Shown here piece after piece: positions 24,001 through 24,314 of a DNA stretch of 24,314 bases. Every line of letters starts with the position of its first letter. Position 1 is the stretch's first letter. The stretch spans positions 1 through 24,314 of IMG/VR virus record IMGVR_UViG_3300017774_002658; one strand, written 5' to 3'. The notes under the pieces were generated by a model. It saw only the letters and a list, made by a program, of their open reading frames with translations, had not been told where the DNA came from and ran no database searches. This DNA comes from a virus. Taxonomy: Duplodnaviria; Caudoviricetes. Made by a program: the position numbers and the translations under genes.

Positions 24001-24062
24001 GGTACGATTTTGATAATATGTGGTTTGTGCTTGACACATTCAAAATAAACATATATACTTAA

Positions 24063-24314
<252 letters not shown>

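Overview
Gene-dense, AT-rich (about 30% GC by eye) segment best read as part of a large (jumbo/huge) dsDNA phage that infects Bacteroidetes. Host evidence: TAnnTTTG -7 promoter boxes, A-rich translation starts without Shine-Dalgarno sequences, and Bacteroidetes-style ClpP, MgsA and DnaK. Recognisable genes are a GIY-YIG homing endonuclease, clpP, mgsA, glyA, an insertion-rich thyA, a SlyD-like PPIase, an SGNH hydrolase, a metallophosphoesterase, a catalytic-domain-only class IIb aaRS paralogue (asparagine-synthetase-like), a GH19 endolysin with a holin-like neighbour, and the 5' end of dnaK, among many small hypothetical genes. Most notable observations: (i) a family of unrelated proteins sharing an N-terminal (I/L)-x-E leader and a TATTTATA promoter, a candidate capsid-targeting system; (ii) a leader peptide plus terminator (attenuator-like) upstream of the Asn-synthetase-like gene; (iii) ThyA insertion modules that recur in stand-alone proteins; (iv) an IS200/IS605 relic enclosing a phage gene, with duplicated flanks; (v) a protein with about 12 'GVK' anchor/variable-spacer repeats; (vi) a hairpin around the endolysin promoter resembling T4 gene e control. 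No tRNA, rRNA or CRISPR array was seen. All family calls come from motif recognition, not database searches.
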